NCBI RefSeq assembly: GCF_006345805.1
Contig: NC_043007.1
Coordinates: forward strand, 32,426,001 to 32,490,000
Length of the DNA: 64,000 nt
Direction of reading: 5' to 3'
Origin: Octopus sinensis
Taxonomy: Eukaryota
This document shows positions 28,106 to 40,772 of this stretch, piece after piece. A program made the position numbers and the translations under genes. The first letter of the stretch is position 1; every line of letters begins with the position of its first letter. A model generated the notes under the pieces. The model saw nothing but the letters and a program-made list of their open reading frames with translations. It had not been told where the DNA came from and made no database searches.

Positions 28106-29536
28106 ATGCCCATCCAAATATATACAAATTCATAAACATACACATACATAGGTGTAATATGTACACACACACACACGCACAAATATACAATACCAATGTT
28201 CTTAGTCACGAGGCTAAGGTGTCTCTGAATCATAAAAAAAAGGACTCAATACATTTAATGGCAAACTTGTTAATATCTGTATTTCAATCCTTGCTGACAT
28301 CTTCCAAAATGTTTCATCGGATGAACAACAAAACCATCTCCGGATGGAACATCTTGCAAGTTGCTAGTAAGTCTTGAAATAAAACTATAAATACATCATA
28401 TATATTTATACATACAAACCCAAACACACATACACATATATATGGAAATACATAAACACACACACACACGCATACTGAAGGATGATCTAAGGATGCGGAA
28501 CTTCACAAGAAAGATGGTAAAGGACTGCAAGAATATTGTGCTGAAATGCAAGAGGAGCGCCAGCCAGGAGATGTAAGCATGGATAAAAGACACGAGATGT
28601 TGATAAAGATGACATACACACACATATATACATACATCTTTCGGTGCAGCTATGCCAAGTAGATAATATGTTTATGGAGTGAATTCAGGTTACCAGGTTC
28701 AGTCTGATTGGGCAACGCATTTGTGCAAATTGACCCAATGACTTCTGAGCAGAATTTTGTAGGGGAAAACATTTCCAAAGCCAGTTGTATGTGAGTGAGG
28801 TGAAGTGTGTGTGTATGTGCGCCTGCCTATATCCATGTATGTGTCTGAGACAAAAGCCAGTGGCTATATAAAATAATTCATCTAAAAATCCATAATAGGG
28901 GATGTAAATCAGCAGCATGAACTAATAAGAAGACAAAGAGTACACACACATTACATTATTATGCCAGGGTACATACACACACAAATTTATTTTTTTGATT
29001 AAAACAATTTATGTGTCAAAAAAATATACAAACACACATATACACACACACATTATACTATTTGTTTGTCAATAGTTTCAGCAGTTGAAAGCCCTCAATA
29101 TATTTGAGAGTCGAGAATGTTTTCATTATGCAGCAACTCAAGTTTCATGTTCAAGCGAAGTTATTTGACTTTGTTGTGAGTAAAATCGGTTTCATTACTC
29201 TCAAGCTGCCTTGATTCATGTCACAAGTGGTATGAACCATTTACATTACTGTATATAAACACACACACACAAACACATGGAAATATATTTATGTATTAAT
29301 GACAAGATTTCAGAGTTAAAATTCTGTTTCAAATCCTATGGTTTTCTTAAATCTTAAGACGTTAAGAAGACCGCTAAGGAGGAAACAGGGTTGTGACTTT
29401 GTAATCTAGTCATTGATAAACAAATATATTCCATTTCTTGAAGTCTTGAGTACTTTATTTAGCTTATGAAAACCTCGTTCATACAAATAAGGACAGAATA
29501 ATATAGAAAGAAGTGTGAGAGAGAGCATGTGTGTAT

Positions 29537-29572
<36 letters not shown>

Positions 29573-29861
29573 ATGCACACATGTTTGTTTATATGCGTAG
29601 GAAATTCTTTAGATCAAAGATCATGGAAACCAGAAACCCAAAAGTGAGACCATACGAATCAAATGAATCTGTAGAGGAAATAGTTTTATATTACATGTTT
29701 AATGTTTTAGTAGAAAAATAAAATCTCTGGTTCCACTAATCCGAACACAGCTTGTCTGAAACAAGGAGCAATGGATTAGCAAATGTGGAGATTTTTTGTG
29801 ATTGCACTGTGGAAGACATGTCAGCCATTCAGAAAAAAAAAAGACTGTCGACTTCATTTTA

Positions 29862-30082
29862 CCCTTTCGTTACCAACCCAGCTGAAACCGGCTGTGGCTC
29901 TTTAGTATAAATGTCTTGTTTTCATAAGTTTTGAATTCAAATCTTCCACCAAATTTTAGTCACAATTTATGTTCCTAACACTAGCTCAATGATAACTAAG
30001 TTATTTTACTAAATTCTTTGTTATATTTTAAATAATCGGAAGAAACACAGAGCACCTCAAAATAAATACAGTAACGAAAGGG
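29862..30082. mobile_element. TTAA-type MITE, second family
   Basis: 12-bp terminal inverted repeats ccctttcgttac / gtaacgaaaggg; flanks ttta and ttaa. Confidence 0.75.
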
Positions 30083-30680
30083 TTAAACATTTAAATGAAG
30101 TAGATGGATATTCTGCTTCTGAATCGATTACTTGTGTCTTCTACACTGCAATTGCTTTAGTTTCGGCACCGGCACCCAGTCTCAGATCAAAACATTTGCA
30201 ATGCAAGTACATCGCCAAAGATTTTTTTGCTAAAAACATTAAATGTGTAAAATAAACTATTTTGTGTGCGTGTATGTGTATAAAGTCTATAAGGCTGCTG
30301 GCACAGCCATGTGGCTAAAATGTCTGCTTTGTAACCATGTCTCAAAGTTCAATCCTACTACATGGTACCTTAGGCAAGAGAGGGGGGGGGGCTTTTCTCA
30401 CAGTTTTGGGTTGTGCTGAGCCTTCTAGAAACTGGGGCAGGCCAGGAAAACTGTGGAAGCCTTCCGGGCACTCTGCACATTGTAGTCCAAAAGACAACCT
30501 TGGTACACACTGATTCTGCATGAAGACATCAATTAGAGAGAGACAAATGTCGGCGGCATACCGAGCCACCTGCATTTACTCTGTAATTCAATGAGTATGG
30601 AGTTGAGTTGATCGAATGGCTGGAATACTTATCATCCAATATGACGGGAACCATTTACCTTTTGGGATATATGTATGCAA

Positions 30681-30717
<37 letters not shown>

Positions 30718-30787
30718 TGACATCTTCATCATTACCATCATTACTTCATGTCCATTTTTCTATGCTTGCACGGGTTGGTGTACGAAC

Positions 30788-30818
<31 letters not shown>

Positions 30819-30837
30819 CATACATACATATACACAT

Positions 30838-30888
<51 letters not shown>

Positions 30889-31152
30889 CATATATATATA
30901 TGTAAATTAAATAAGTAAAAAGGAATTCCATAGGTACTGATATGAATAAGTTACTAAATAGTAAAAACAAATTTTAAAAAACCTGTTTTGTTGCCATCTC
31001 CCTACTACCCATTATTAGCTTAAAGTGCCCCCAGCAGTAGAATGGCAGATGACAACTACTTCATTGTTGACGCCATGAACAGTTAAAGAGTTATTTCCAC
31101 TTGCCAACTGTGACAAAATAAATGTGTTCATAGGTTGCGCTACGATTCACAC

Positions 31153-31369
31153 CTCAAAATTATGTACAGGAGCATCTTCTATGTCGGATTCAGATTCACT
31201 TTCAGAAGACTCGGAATTCCTCTTCTCATCATCGTCGTCGTCATCTACTTCGTCGTCTTCTTCTTCACTTTCACTGTCGGACCTTTCTTTGGCCACCAAG
31301 GGTGATGGAGCGAGATCGGGCTGTTGGGCAGAAAGCTCTTTCATTTGAGGACTGGGTTCTGATATTTCA
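31153..31369 (-). CDS. QSER1-like: Coding exon (phase 2-0), module 2 acidic linker: EISEPSPQMKELS...EEEDDEVDDDDDDEKRNSESSESESESDIEDAPVHNFE
   Basis: tttcatttcag acceptor, gtgtga donor, 217 nt; matches supplied ORF 31147-31344. Confidence 0.85.
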
Positions 31370-32034
31370 CTGAAATGAAACAGTTAGGATTGGAAAAATT
31401 GTATATTTCATATCTTAAAATATACAAAATGAAAGCAACACATCATAGTCTAAAAGCCAGAAAGAAAGGGACAACAGGTGATAAAATTAGGGCTTATACA
31501 AAAGTAAACGAAACAGTTCATTTTATTCTCTAATTCGTTTCAGTCATTTGATTGTGGCCATGCTGGAGCACTGCCTTTTGGTCAAACAAATCGACCCTCG
31601 GGATTTATTCTCTGTAAGCTTGGTACTTATTCTATTGGCCTCTTTCACTGAACCGCTAAATTACGGGGGCGTAAACACACTGACATCGGTTGTCAAGAGA
31701 TTGGGGATGGGGAGACTAACACACACATATCGGTGTCACGTAAAAAGCACCAACTGATCGTGGTCATTGCCAGCCGCTCCTGGCACCTGTGCCGGTGGCA
31801 TGTAAAAAGCACACACTACACTCATGGAGTGGTTGGCGTTAGGAAGGGCATCCAGCTGTAGAAACAATGCCAGATCAGACAGGAGCCTGGCTTCCCAGAT
31901 CCCGGTCAAACCGTCAAACCCGTGCTAGCACGGAAAATGGGCGTTAAACGATGATGATGATGATGATAGATTGTTCAAATTGCATGTTGGTAGAATAGCT
32001 CTTTCTCTAGGGTAACCCTTCTTTTTGTTCTTTA

Positions 32035-33026
32035 ATGCAGGCAAATAGTGGTTTGCAAGTAGAAGAAATGTGCAGGCTGTCCAACATCTGCAGAATGCTA
32101 CAGATTATTTACAGCAATGAAACCACTGACAAGAGGCATGTGTCCAGATGGATGAACAAGTATGAAGGGGAAATTAGTATTGAAGGCAAACCATGCAGTG
32201 AGAAGCCATCAACTGTAACCACCGGTACAACGGCCGGTGAAGAGGCAAATCAATTCACATGGAGGCTTGCTGGAGAAACTGGACTGGGACCACAATACAT
32301 CACAGATGGTGGGAGACTTTGGGTTTAAGAAAGGGTGTGCAAATTGGGTATCTCCGTAGTTGACACTCAATTTGAGAGAGGGGTGGAAGTGTCTGAAACC
32401 AATAAAAACACAAGAAAGGCGGGGCAGAGGAGTGTCTCTTGGTCTGGGTAACACAGGATGAAACCTGGCCATATCTTTAGGATCCAAAAATAAAGGGCTC
32501 AATCCACAAACTGGCATTACAACTCTTCTCCAAGATCTAAAACATTCAAGAGCGAGCGATCAGCATAGAAAGTTATGGTGGCCCTTTTTTTTGAGAGAAT
32601 ACAAGGGCATCAATCTCCTTTTGTTTTCTGGAATGTGGCTGTATTATCAACAACAACTGACATATTAAAACACTTAAATAGTCTAAGGGGGCCATTAGGA
32701 GGAAAAGACCGAACAAGAATCTGAAAAAGTATCCACATTCACCATGATAATGCATGACCACACACATCTTTGGTAACAAATGAGGCAATCGCCTAACTGG
32801 GTTTGTCAGTGGTCCTCCATCCAGCATACAGCCAGATCTGGTGCTGTCCATCATTGGACCTGTTTGGTCCAATGATGGGACAGCCATCAGGGAAAATGAT
32901 CTGATGACACAGAAGAGGGGAAAGTGGCCATGAAGAAGTAAGGACAACAGCACACACTCAAATATTTTCAATGAAGATTCAACAATGATATAAATGCATT
33001 GCTTATGGTGGAAACCATGTTGAGTA
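32035..33026 (+). pseudogene. Decayed mariner (Tc1/mariner) transposase
   Basis: Fragments across stops and frameshifts: HTH-like RHVSRWMNKYEGEISIEGKPCSEKPST, KKGCANWVSP (WVPxxL-like), TQDETW, HHDNA*PHTS, HPAYS.DL and C-terminal YKCIAYGGNHVE*. Confidence 0.85.
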
Positions 33027-33183
33027 GGATTTTCTAAAGAGAAAGAATTACTCTACCAACATGTACAACTTGACTGATCCATAGTAGTTTATAACCACCA
33101 CACCTGATGACAATAATAAAACAGTAGTAGTAGTAGTAGTAGTAGCAGCAGCAGCAGCAGCAAGAAGAAAAAGAAGCAGCAAT

Positions 33184-33215
<32 letters not shown>

Positions 33216-33261
33216 CCAAAAATACTTAAAAATTAGTTGAGAAGCAAACACTGTCCCTTAC

Positions 33262-33392
33262 CTGTTTTTATATGAGGGTCTTGGAAAAAATTCATCTTCT
33301 ACTTCTACAATTTCTGAATTAAACCCTTGAGAAATTAATTTGGTTTTAATAGGACTGAACTGTTTTCTCCAGGCTGCAGTCCAAGTTCTATA
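33262..33392 (-). CDS. QSER1-like: Coding exon B1 (phase 0-2): YRTWTAAWRKQFSPIKTKLISQGFNSEIVEVEDEFFPRPSYKN
   Basis: ctttctttaacag acceptor, gtaagg donor, 131 nt; paralogous to exon 4883-5013. Confidence 0.9.
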
Positions 33393-34561
33393 CTGTTAAA
33401 GAAAGAGATCAAAGGAAAATATTATCACAGAAATTCAATGACAAAGAAAACTACAGTAATTAACTCAGTTTAATAAAACCAATAGAAGATTTTGTAATTA
33501 TATTCAGTGTTGACCAACATAATGCTTTAAGAAAATTTACATATGACAAAATGACAAAATGGAGTACAAGAATGAATTTTTTACAGGAGAAGACATCTCA
33601 GACCTGTTGCTTTGAGGGTTACATACCCCCTGATACTGTTTTAGAGTAAAACTAGAAGTACTATTTTCTTATACAGAATTAATTGTTTCCATGATGTTCC
33701 ACATAATTTTCCTGAAACACCTATCATTAAATATATGAGTTTATATTTGACACAACTGACATAGCTAAGTTAAAACCACTTTCCTTCTCCAAAAACACCC
33801 GACAAATATGAAAGGAGACTGGAATCAACAGAATCTTAGCTGATGCTGGATCGAACTTATAATCTGGAGAGAAGTTTTTACAGATATGTCAGTAGAAAGC
33901 AGAGTCGTGAAGTGTAAGAGAGAGAAAAAGACAAAGAGAGAATGCTATTTTGCAGTGAATTAAAATTAGTTTTCTGTAGTCGAAATCTTCAACAAAAAAA
34001 GAATCCTAAAATCCACATTTTGATGAAAAAAAAAAAAAAAAAAAAAATTTTTTTTTAAAATTCAGAAACAAAATTAGTTGTTGCAAGAAAAAAATTATTA
34101 AAAAGCTGAATCACAAATCTGCTGAGAGCTGTGAGCACACTGAAAGTAACTTTAAATATAAAAGTACCGTTAGATATAAATGTATAAATATAAACAGACA
34201 GAAAGTTCCATGACTGAGTAAGCGATGACAATTCCAAAGATTAAGGACTGTTCCAAAGACAGCCTTAACTTCGTATTATAAAGTATTTTAAAAGTAAAGG
34301 ATGCACATGAAAGAATGATAAACTGACTTAGGTTAGTATATAAGAAAACCTTCTGTTGTGATGTTATTAATATCTCAAAGACCATTCAGGCATCAATACT
34401 CACATGTACACAATTTTATAAAATGGATATGTTCACAGCAGAGGCGAAGGACTAAATAATGGTAGTTGCAGAATGTCCAAGGCTGGAAGGTGATGAAAGA
34501 TGCTTTTAAGAACTTAGTATTCTTGTTGGAAAGTAAAGGTTTTCAATTCCTGAATTTATAC

Positions 34562-35110
34562 TGCCGGTGGCATGTAAAAAGCACCAACCGATCGTGGGCG
34601 TTGCCAGCCTCCCCTGGCATCTGTGCCGGTGGCACGTAAAAAGCACCAACCAATCGTGGGCGTTGCCAGCCTCCCCTGGCATCTGTGCCGGTGGCACGTA
34701 AAAAGCACCAACCGATCATGGGCGTTGCCATCCTCCCCTGGCATCTGTGCCGGCGGCACGTAAAAAGCACCAACCGATCGTGGGCGTTGCCAGCCTCCCC
34801 TGGCATCTGTGCCGGTGGCACGTAAAAAGCACCATCCGTACATGGTCGATGCCAGCGCCACCTTGACTGGCTTCCGTGCCGGTGGCATGTAAAATGCACC
34901 AACCAATTGTGGCCACTGCCAGCCTCCCCTGGCACGTAAAAAGCACCCACTACACTCACAGAGTGGTTGGTGTTAGGAAGGGCATCCAGCTGTAGAAACA
35001 CTGCCAGATCAGATTGGAGCCTGGTGCAGCCTCCTGGCTTCCCAGACCCCGGTCGAACCGTCCAACCCATGCTAGCATGGAAAACGGACATTAAATGATG
35101 ATGATGATGA
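34562..35110 (+). mobile_element. RTE-tailed short retroelement with internal 62-bp tandem array
   Basis: Unit starts at 34562, 34624, 34686, 34748, 34810 (period 62); ends aacccatgctagcatggaaaacggacattaaatgatgatgatg. Confidence 0.85.
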
Positions 35111-35577
35111 TATGAGACATGTGTGAAAGTCATAACATGATATTCATATAGAAATTGCAGAGGATCTACAGTAATTTAAAAGAAACAACTTTAGTCTGAT
35201 TCCCTGAGATGTGATATTGTTAACTTATGAGAAAGACTGGATATGAAACAAGGAAGAGCAATAAGCAGGAGAGGTATTGATTGATGCCTAGAAACCAAAC
35301 CAAAGCACTGATATGGACAAGTAAATGGATGATGGATTCTGGCTCAACAAAAACCAGGAGTTGGAGATTCACAGAGATCAAGGAAGAAGATGAATGATGA
35401 GGTAAGTTTAGGTCTGAAAACGATGCAAATAGATGCTCTCAGAATAATGATGCTGGTGCTGATATAGAGGTGGCAATGGCTAATGATTACAGCAGTTAAA
35501 ATCTATGGCTTAGAAAATGGTATGATAACCATTCTGTTACACCATTTTAAAATTTCAATTTCGGGTTTTTATCTATA

Positions 35578-35966
35578 TCTATATAAAGCTGAAGTTGTCT
35601 GTGTATGGCAGGTTTGGTAGCCTTCAACTAACACTATCTCCTCCGAGACCCTGCGGCGCAAGTTGACCAAAATTGAGAGTATGTATGATAGAAGAAGGCT
35701 TGCTCTTCCTTCCATAGAAGAAAAAATTCAAATCGGACCGTGTTAAGACCAAAAATTATTTACATAAAAAAGGTGCTTTTTTTCTATGAAAATCCATTTT
35801 TTATGATTTTTTTAACTGCTGTGTCGCCATTTTTCGGTGTATTTTAATCAGAAAAATGTTCACTTAAAGAGAATAACAAGCTACATAATGCAAAATTTTT
35901 ACTTTTCAAAAATTCTAATTCTAAAGGGCCGAAACAAACCCGAGCAACACTGGGCGATACTGCTAG
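35578..35966 (+). mobile_element. Non-autonomous Helitron-type element
   Basis: 5' TC(tatataaagc); 3' subterminal hairpin cccgagcaacactggg then CTAG; inserted between A and T. Confidence 0.75.
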
Positions 35967-36916
35967 TTTAGTTATAAGGTTATTTTTCACATATCATTTA
36001 TGTGAAGGATTATAATGAATTTCAAGACCAAGCTTTTATAAAACTTGGGAGATGTTTATAACCGATACCAAAAGAAAACCTACTGGTTTAGAAAGAATAT
36101 GGTAATGATCAAACATTGCTGAAATGAATGGGGTTTGGCTTATCACAGAAAGAAAACTGAGTAGTGCTTAGTACAAACAGTAATTGCAAATTGCATTCCC
36201 TAATTCCATTCAAATAATAAATTCAGCTGGTAGTTTGGTATGGATGGTAGCAGAACAAATGATGGTATACAAGCTAAAATATCAAGAAATGATAAAGAAA
36301 ACAGCAGAGATAGAGGACTGTCCATGAATTCGATTATCTCTACTAGCTTATAATGTAGCAATTAGCATTTATTATTGTCTAAAAAAAAACAATAAAATTA
36401 GAACAAAGGAAGAGAAGAAGATCAGTGAAAATTCCAAAGTGTAATCAAGGTTTCCTTAAAAACTTGAAGATGGTGTGAAAAACCCTATAAAAAAGATTGC
36501 AGATTATGTAAACAAATAAATTTAAGGTAAATAATATTTTGCGTTTTCTTGAACCCCTAGGACTCATAAAGCTGATTGCTCAGTTTCCAAGTGATCAAAA
36601 TCACATCATCCCCCCACTGAAATGAGCCATCAGTCTGTTGCAGGGTCCAGCACCAGGCACTCTGAGGGGTGGGCGGGTGAGTGGGGTGGCAAGTCGATTA
36701 CATCAACCCCTGTACTTGTCTGCTACTTTATTTTATCAATCCTGAAGGGATGAAAGGTAAAGCCGACCTCAGTGGAATTTGAACTCATGACGTAAAGAGC
36801 CGGAAAAAATGCTGCTGAGCATTTTGTCCGATGTGCGAACAATGCTGCAAGTCAAGAACAACTTTTTGCACTTCAATTCAAAAAGAGACATTTAGAAAGT
36901 ATTCTAAATTACTTAC

Positions 36917-37054
36917 TGTTGGCACAGCTCTGTGTCTAATTTTCCCATCTTCATTTACTAGTTCATATTTTTGAAGTCTTCCCGCTTCAATTTTCCAAAC
37001 AGGAAATTTATCATAATTTTCCATATCTTTCTTTTCTATAATAAATTGATGTTC
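36917..37054 (-). CDS. QSER1-like: Coding exon A1 (phase 0-0): EHQFIIEKKDMENYDKFPVWKIEAGRLQKYELVNEDGKIRHRAVPT
   Basis: aatcttttag acceptor, gtaagt donor, 138 nt; paralogous to exon 6624-6764. Confidence 0.9.
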
Positions 37055-38739
37055 CTAAAAGATTAAATAAGACAACTTGAATTAAGGCTAACTGCATAAT
37101 GTCAGTATAAACGTAATTGATAAAATATTTCCTTCGCTTGTCTTATTCAATGGGTAAATAAGTCTCAATTTACCGTTGCAAATAAACCAGTAACTTACAA
37201 TTCCATTAACTCCATCCAATGCTACGTAATTACTGCTACATTTGTATTTACTAGATAATAAACGCATACCAAGTCTACTATTTTAGCCCACCCCTTTCAC
37301 CAACCTTACCTCCTTCCATCACTTCTATCCTGTTTTGATCATTAGACTCAGCACATTCTTTCATCCTGAAATCTACATCTCTCTGCAACTACCTCACCGT
37401 GGGAGTTTCCCCCCACACAAAAAAAAAAGACCATTATAAAAATAAAAATAAAAACAGAAGGAAAAAAAATAAAGCAACATCAAAAAGTACATTAGACATA
37501 TGAATCTGACTCAGCTGTTCATATCCTCAGCCTAGGACTGCCTAGAAAAGTTATGGATATTACTAGTTCTCATCAGATTGAATTAATGGAACAAAAAGTT
37601 TTTGGAACAATTAAACCTTGTATTCCATTCCTTGTACATCAATCTCTATTATGTATACACTTGGACGTCAAGGATCAATTAGTATTTTTGATCTGAGATT
37701 TGGTAATAATGAATGGTTACATTTTAAATGAAGAATGTATCAATAAATGAAAAATAATCATAAGCTAAAACAAATGTATTTTACTTGTTAACTGTTTCCG
37801 AAACAATCGGGCTATATTATTCCTAGAAGGATATTTCCATTTCAGTAAAGGATTACGTTGAGTAGAAAGCAGAAGAAGAAAAAAGAAGGAAGAAAGAAAA
37901 AAAACTATTTATCTAGCTTGATCATATCACAAGTTTTAGCCTATGTCAACCACTGCAGTGCTTGCATTTCAAAATGATCAAAAGTCTATTGTACAGTTAA
38001 GAAAAATGAAAAGAAAAGTGTGAAGAAAAATGAAAATGGCAGAAAGCATAATTTGTATCTATTTAAAAAAAGTTTATTCTATTTAAATATTAATATCTTT
38101 TTGTTGTCTAGGATCTGTCACAGCACTTATAATATCTGCTATACTACTGAGTTATATTACAAGTAATTCACAGAAACACATTACAAAAGGCCATTAACAT
38201 ACATACATACAAAAACCTGTGTGTTGTGTGTAAGAGTCAAATAATATAACCATTATATGAGATAGTCATTACTCAACAATCTAAATAGTAGAAATACTTT
38301 AACCTTTTAACTTTCGAGCCAGCCATACTTGGCCTAAATATTCTGCCTGATCTATGATAAAACTAACCAGATCTGACCTCTTGCACTTACCCTGCAAATA
38401 TTTGATCACATCATTGAGATTATGCATGATATTAGTTCAAAACAATGTGAATTGAATAAATAAGCATTGCATTTGACACAGAAATCTGAATGCTAAAGAG
38501 CCAACGACTGCACGTGTGTATTCTTTGCAGTGCCTGATGAAGTAGCCAGATGGTTGAGTAGCAAAAGAGATACAACAGTTGCATATATCTGTTGTCACTC
38601 AAGAGAAACACTGAATGAATCAGAAAAGACCCCTTCATATATTTCTTAGCGTTACTACATTAAACACTCCACCACCCAATCACTCCTTGCAACAAACTAT
38701 ATACATACATATATACAAATATATATTTATATATATATC

Positions 38740-39310
38740 ATCATCTTCATTTAATGGCCATTGTCCATGCTGGCATGGGTTGGACAGTTTGACCAGGGAT
38801 GGCAAGCTGGAGAGCTGCACCAGGCTCCAGTCTGATTTGGCAGGGTTTCTACAGCTACTCCAAACGCCAATCACTTTACAAGTAAACGGGTGCTTTTATG
38901 TGGCCCCAGCACACAAAATACATACACACAGACACACACATCTACTAGACTTACAGAACTACAGCCTTATAAATAAATGTGACCACCTGGACAACCTTTT
39001 AAGAGAGCAGTGACCATCTAAAAACTAAATACTATACACTTTTTTTTTATATATACCCATCATCATTTAACGTCCGCTTTCCATGCTAGCATAGGTTGGA
39101 CAATTTTGACTGGGGGCTGGTGAACCAGGCCCCAATCTTGATCTGGCAGAGTTTCTACAGCTGGATGCCCTTCCTAACGCCAACTACTCTGAGAGTGTAG
39201 TGGGTGCTTTTCATGTGCCACCGGCACAGGACCAGTCAGGCAGTACTAGCAATGATCTCACTCGAATCTTTTTACACATGCCACCAGCACAGGTGCCAGT
39301 AAGGTGACAA
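38740..39310 (-). mobile_element. Two RTE-tailed short retroelements (about 38740-38910 and 39060-39310)
   Basis: Family sequence appears twice in the same orientation. Confidence 0.75.
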
Positions 39311-40669
39311 GGTTATTCTCCTTGTCCAACAGTTAATATGTTGTTTACCTATCTCTTGCATTTTTGCTTGCACTCATTTGACCTCTTTTATAGTTGGTCT
39401 GAAGACAAAAGCTTAAAGGAACCTTGTACCCAACATATTATTCCTATTGTGACACCCGGGAACACACAAAAAATTTGTTTCAGAAGGGTATCTTAAGGAC
39501 ACAAGCTGTGCTTTGGTATTTCTATGACACAAACAAACTCCTTTACTATAATTATTACAACAACAACAACAAATATAAAAACAAAGGACCCAAACAAGAT
39601 GATATGTTCATGACAAAGTGTTGGATTAGGGATCAGGTTAAATTAGTAATTAAATGAGGGTTTGTTTATTTGGTTTTGAGGCCTACCAAAGTTTTGATTC
39701 CACCAAAAGTGATAAGTAGCAATAACTAGTTATCTCTATAGAATAAATCTGCTTATTGGAGATATTCAGCATCAACTAAGTCATTCTTTGAACCACAGCA
39801 GCAGCAACAACAACAACAATAATAATTTTTCAGTTATGACAAATTCATAAGACAGAACTTAAATTAAAATAAAATGATAAGCAAATAAAATCCAGCTAAA
39901 CAACAGCAACAAATATTTTTTAAAAAATCAACTGAAATTTAATTTACATTTCAAAGAAGGTTTTACTATCTATTCTAGAGACAACAAAAAAAGAAGAAAA
40001 AATTTTTTTTTTTTAAATACAAAAATAAATGAAGCCTGAGATATTAGTTATGAACTAAACATAAATGGATTAATTTGAAATAATAATAAAATAAATGTTA
40101 ATTATAAACATAATCATTAGCATGTTCACCTAATCACCACTGTGTGGTTCAACTGCTATCAGAAGGTATTGAATTCTTTCACAAAGTACATCTTTTCCAG
40201 ATGTAGATTAGTTTTAATATTAATTTACAATAGCTACTGACCCTGGAGAGATAAAAAGTGTTAAAATTAGGTTCAAAGTTTACCAACATTTCCTCATATA
40301 CCATTCATGTACTTATATTCTGGCACATTCCTTACGACTACAAATTTCCCCCTTTTCTCTTGCTACCATGAATCAGTTTTCGTTACATCAACCCATTGAG
40401 GACAGTTCTCTAACTGCCCCGTTCCATATCTCCTTTGATTCACTTCAACACTGGCTTACACTTTACCAATCGTTACTAGAAGCAAAACAACATTCTTTGG
40501 TAGTTAACCAAAGAGAAGCATTATGTTTACGAGTGCACACTACTTAAATTCAGCAAAATCAATAAACGTCTAATTACAATTGTATTAAAATAATTATCTT
40601 CTCAATTAAAACGAGAACAAAACTATTCTACATTAATTAGGATCAAGTAATGTTACATCAAGGATTTAC

Positions 40670-40772
40670 CTCAAAGTTTTTAGTACCATTTTCACCTTCT
40701 TCTGGTACTTCAGTTAACAGAGGTTCTAACATATTCAAAGCAAAATTTTTCCGTCCTCTGCCTCTTGATCGG
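40670..40772 (-). CDS. QSER1-like: Coding exon (phase 2-0), module 1 linker: RSRGRGRKNFALNMLEPLLTEVPEEGENGTKNFE
   Basis: tttatttaatag acceptor, gtaaat donor, 103 nt; ends in NFE like exon 31153-31369. Confidence 0.8.

Noticed and set aside
34562-34940. CRISPR-like periodic array
   Set aside because: No unique spacers and no cas genes; eukaryotic retroelement context.
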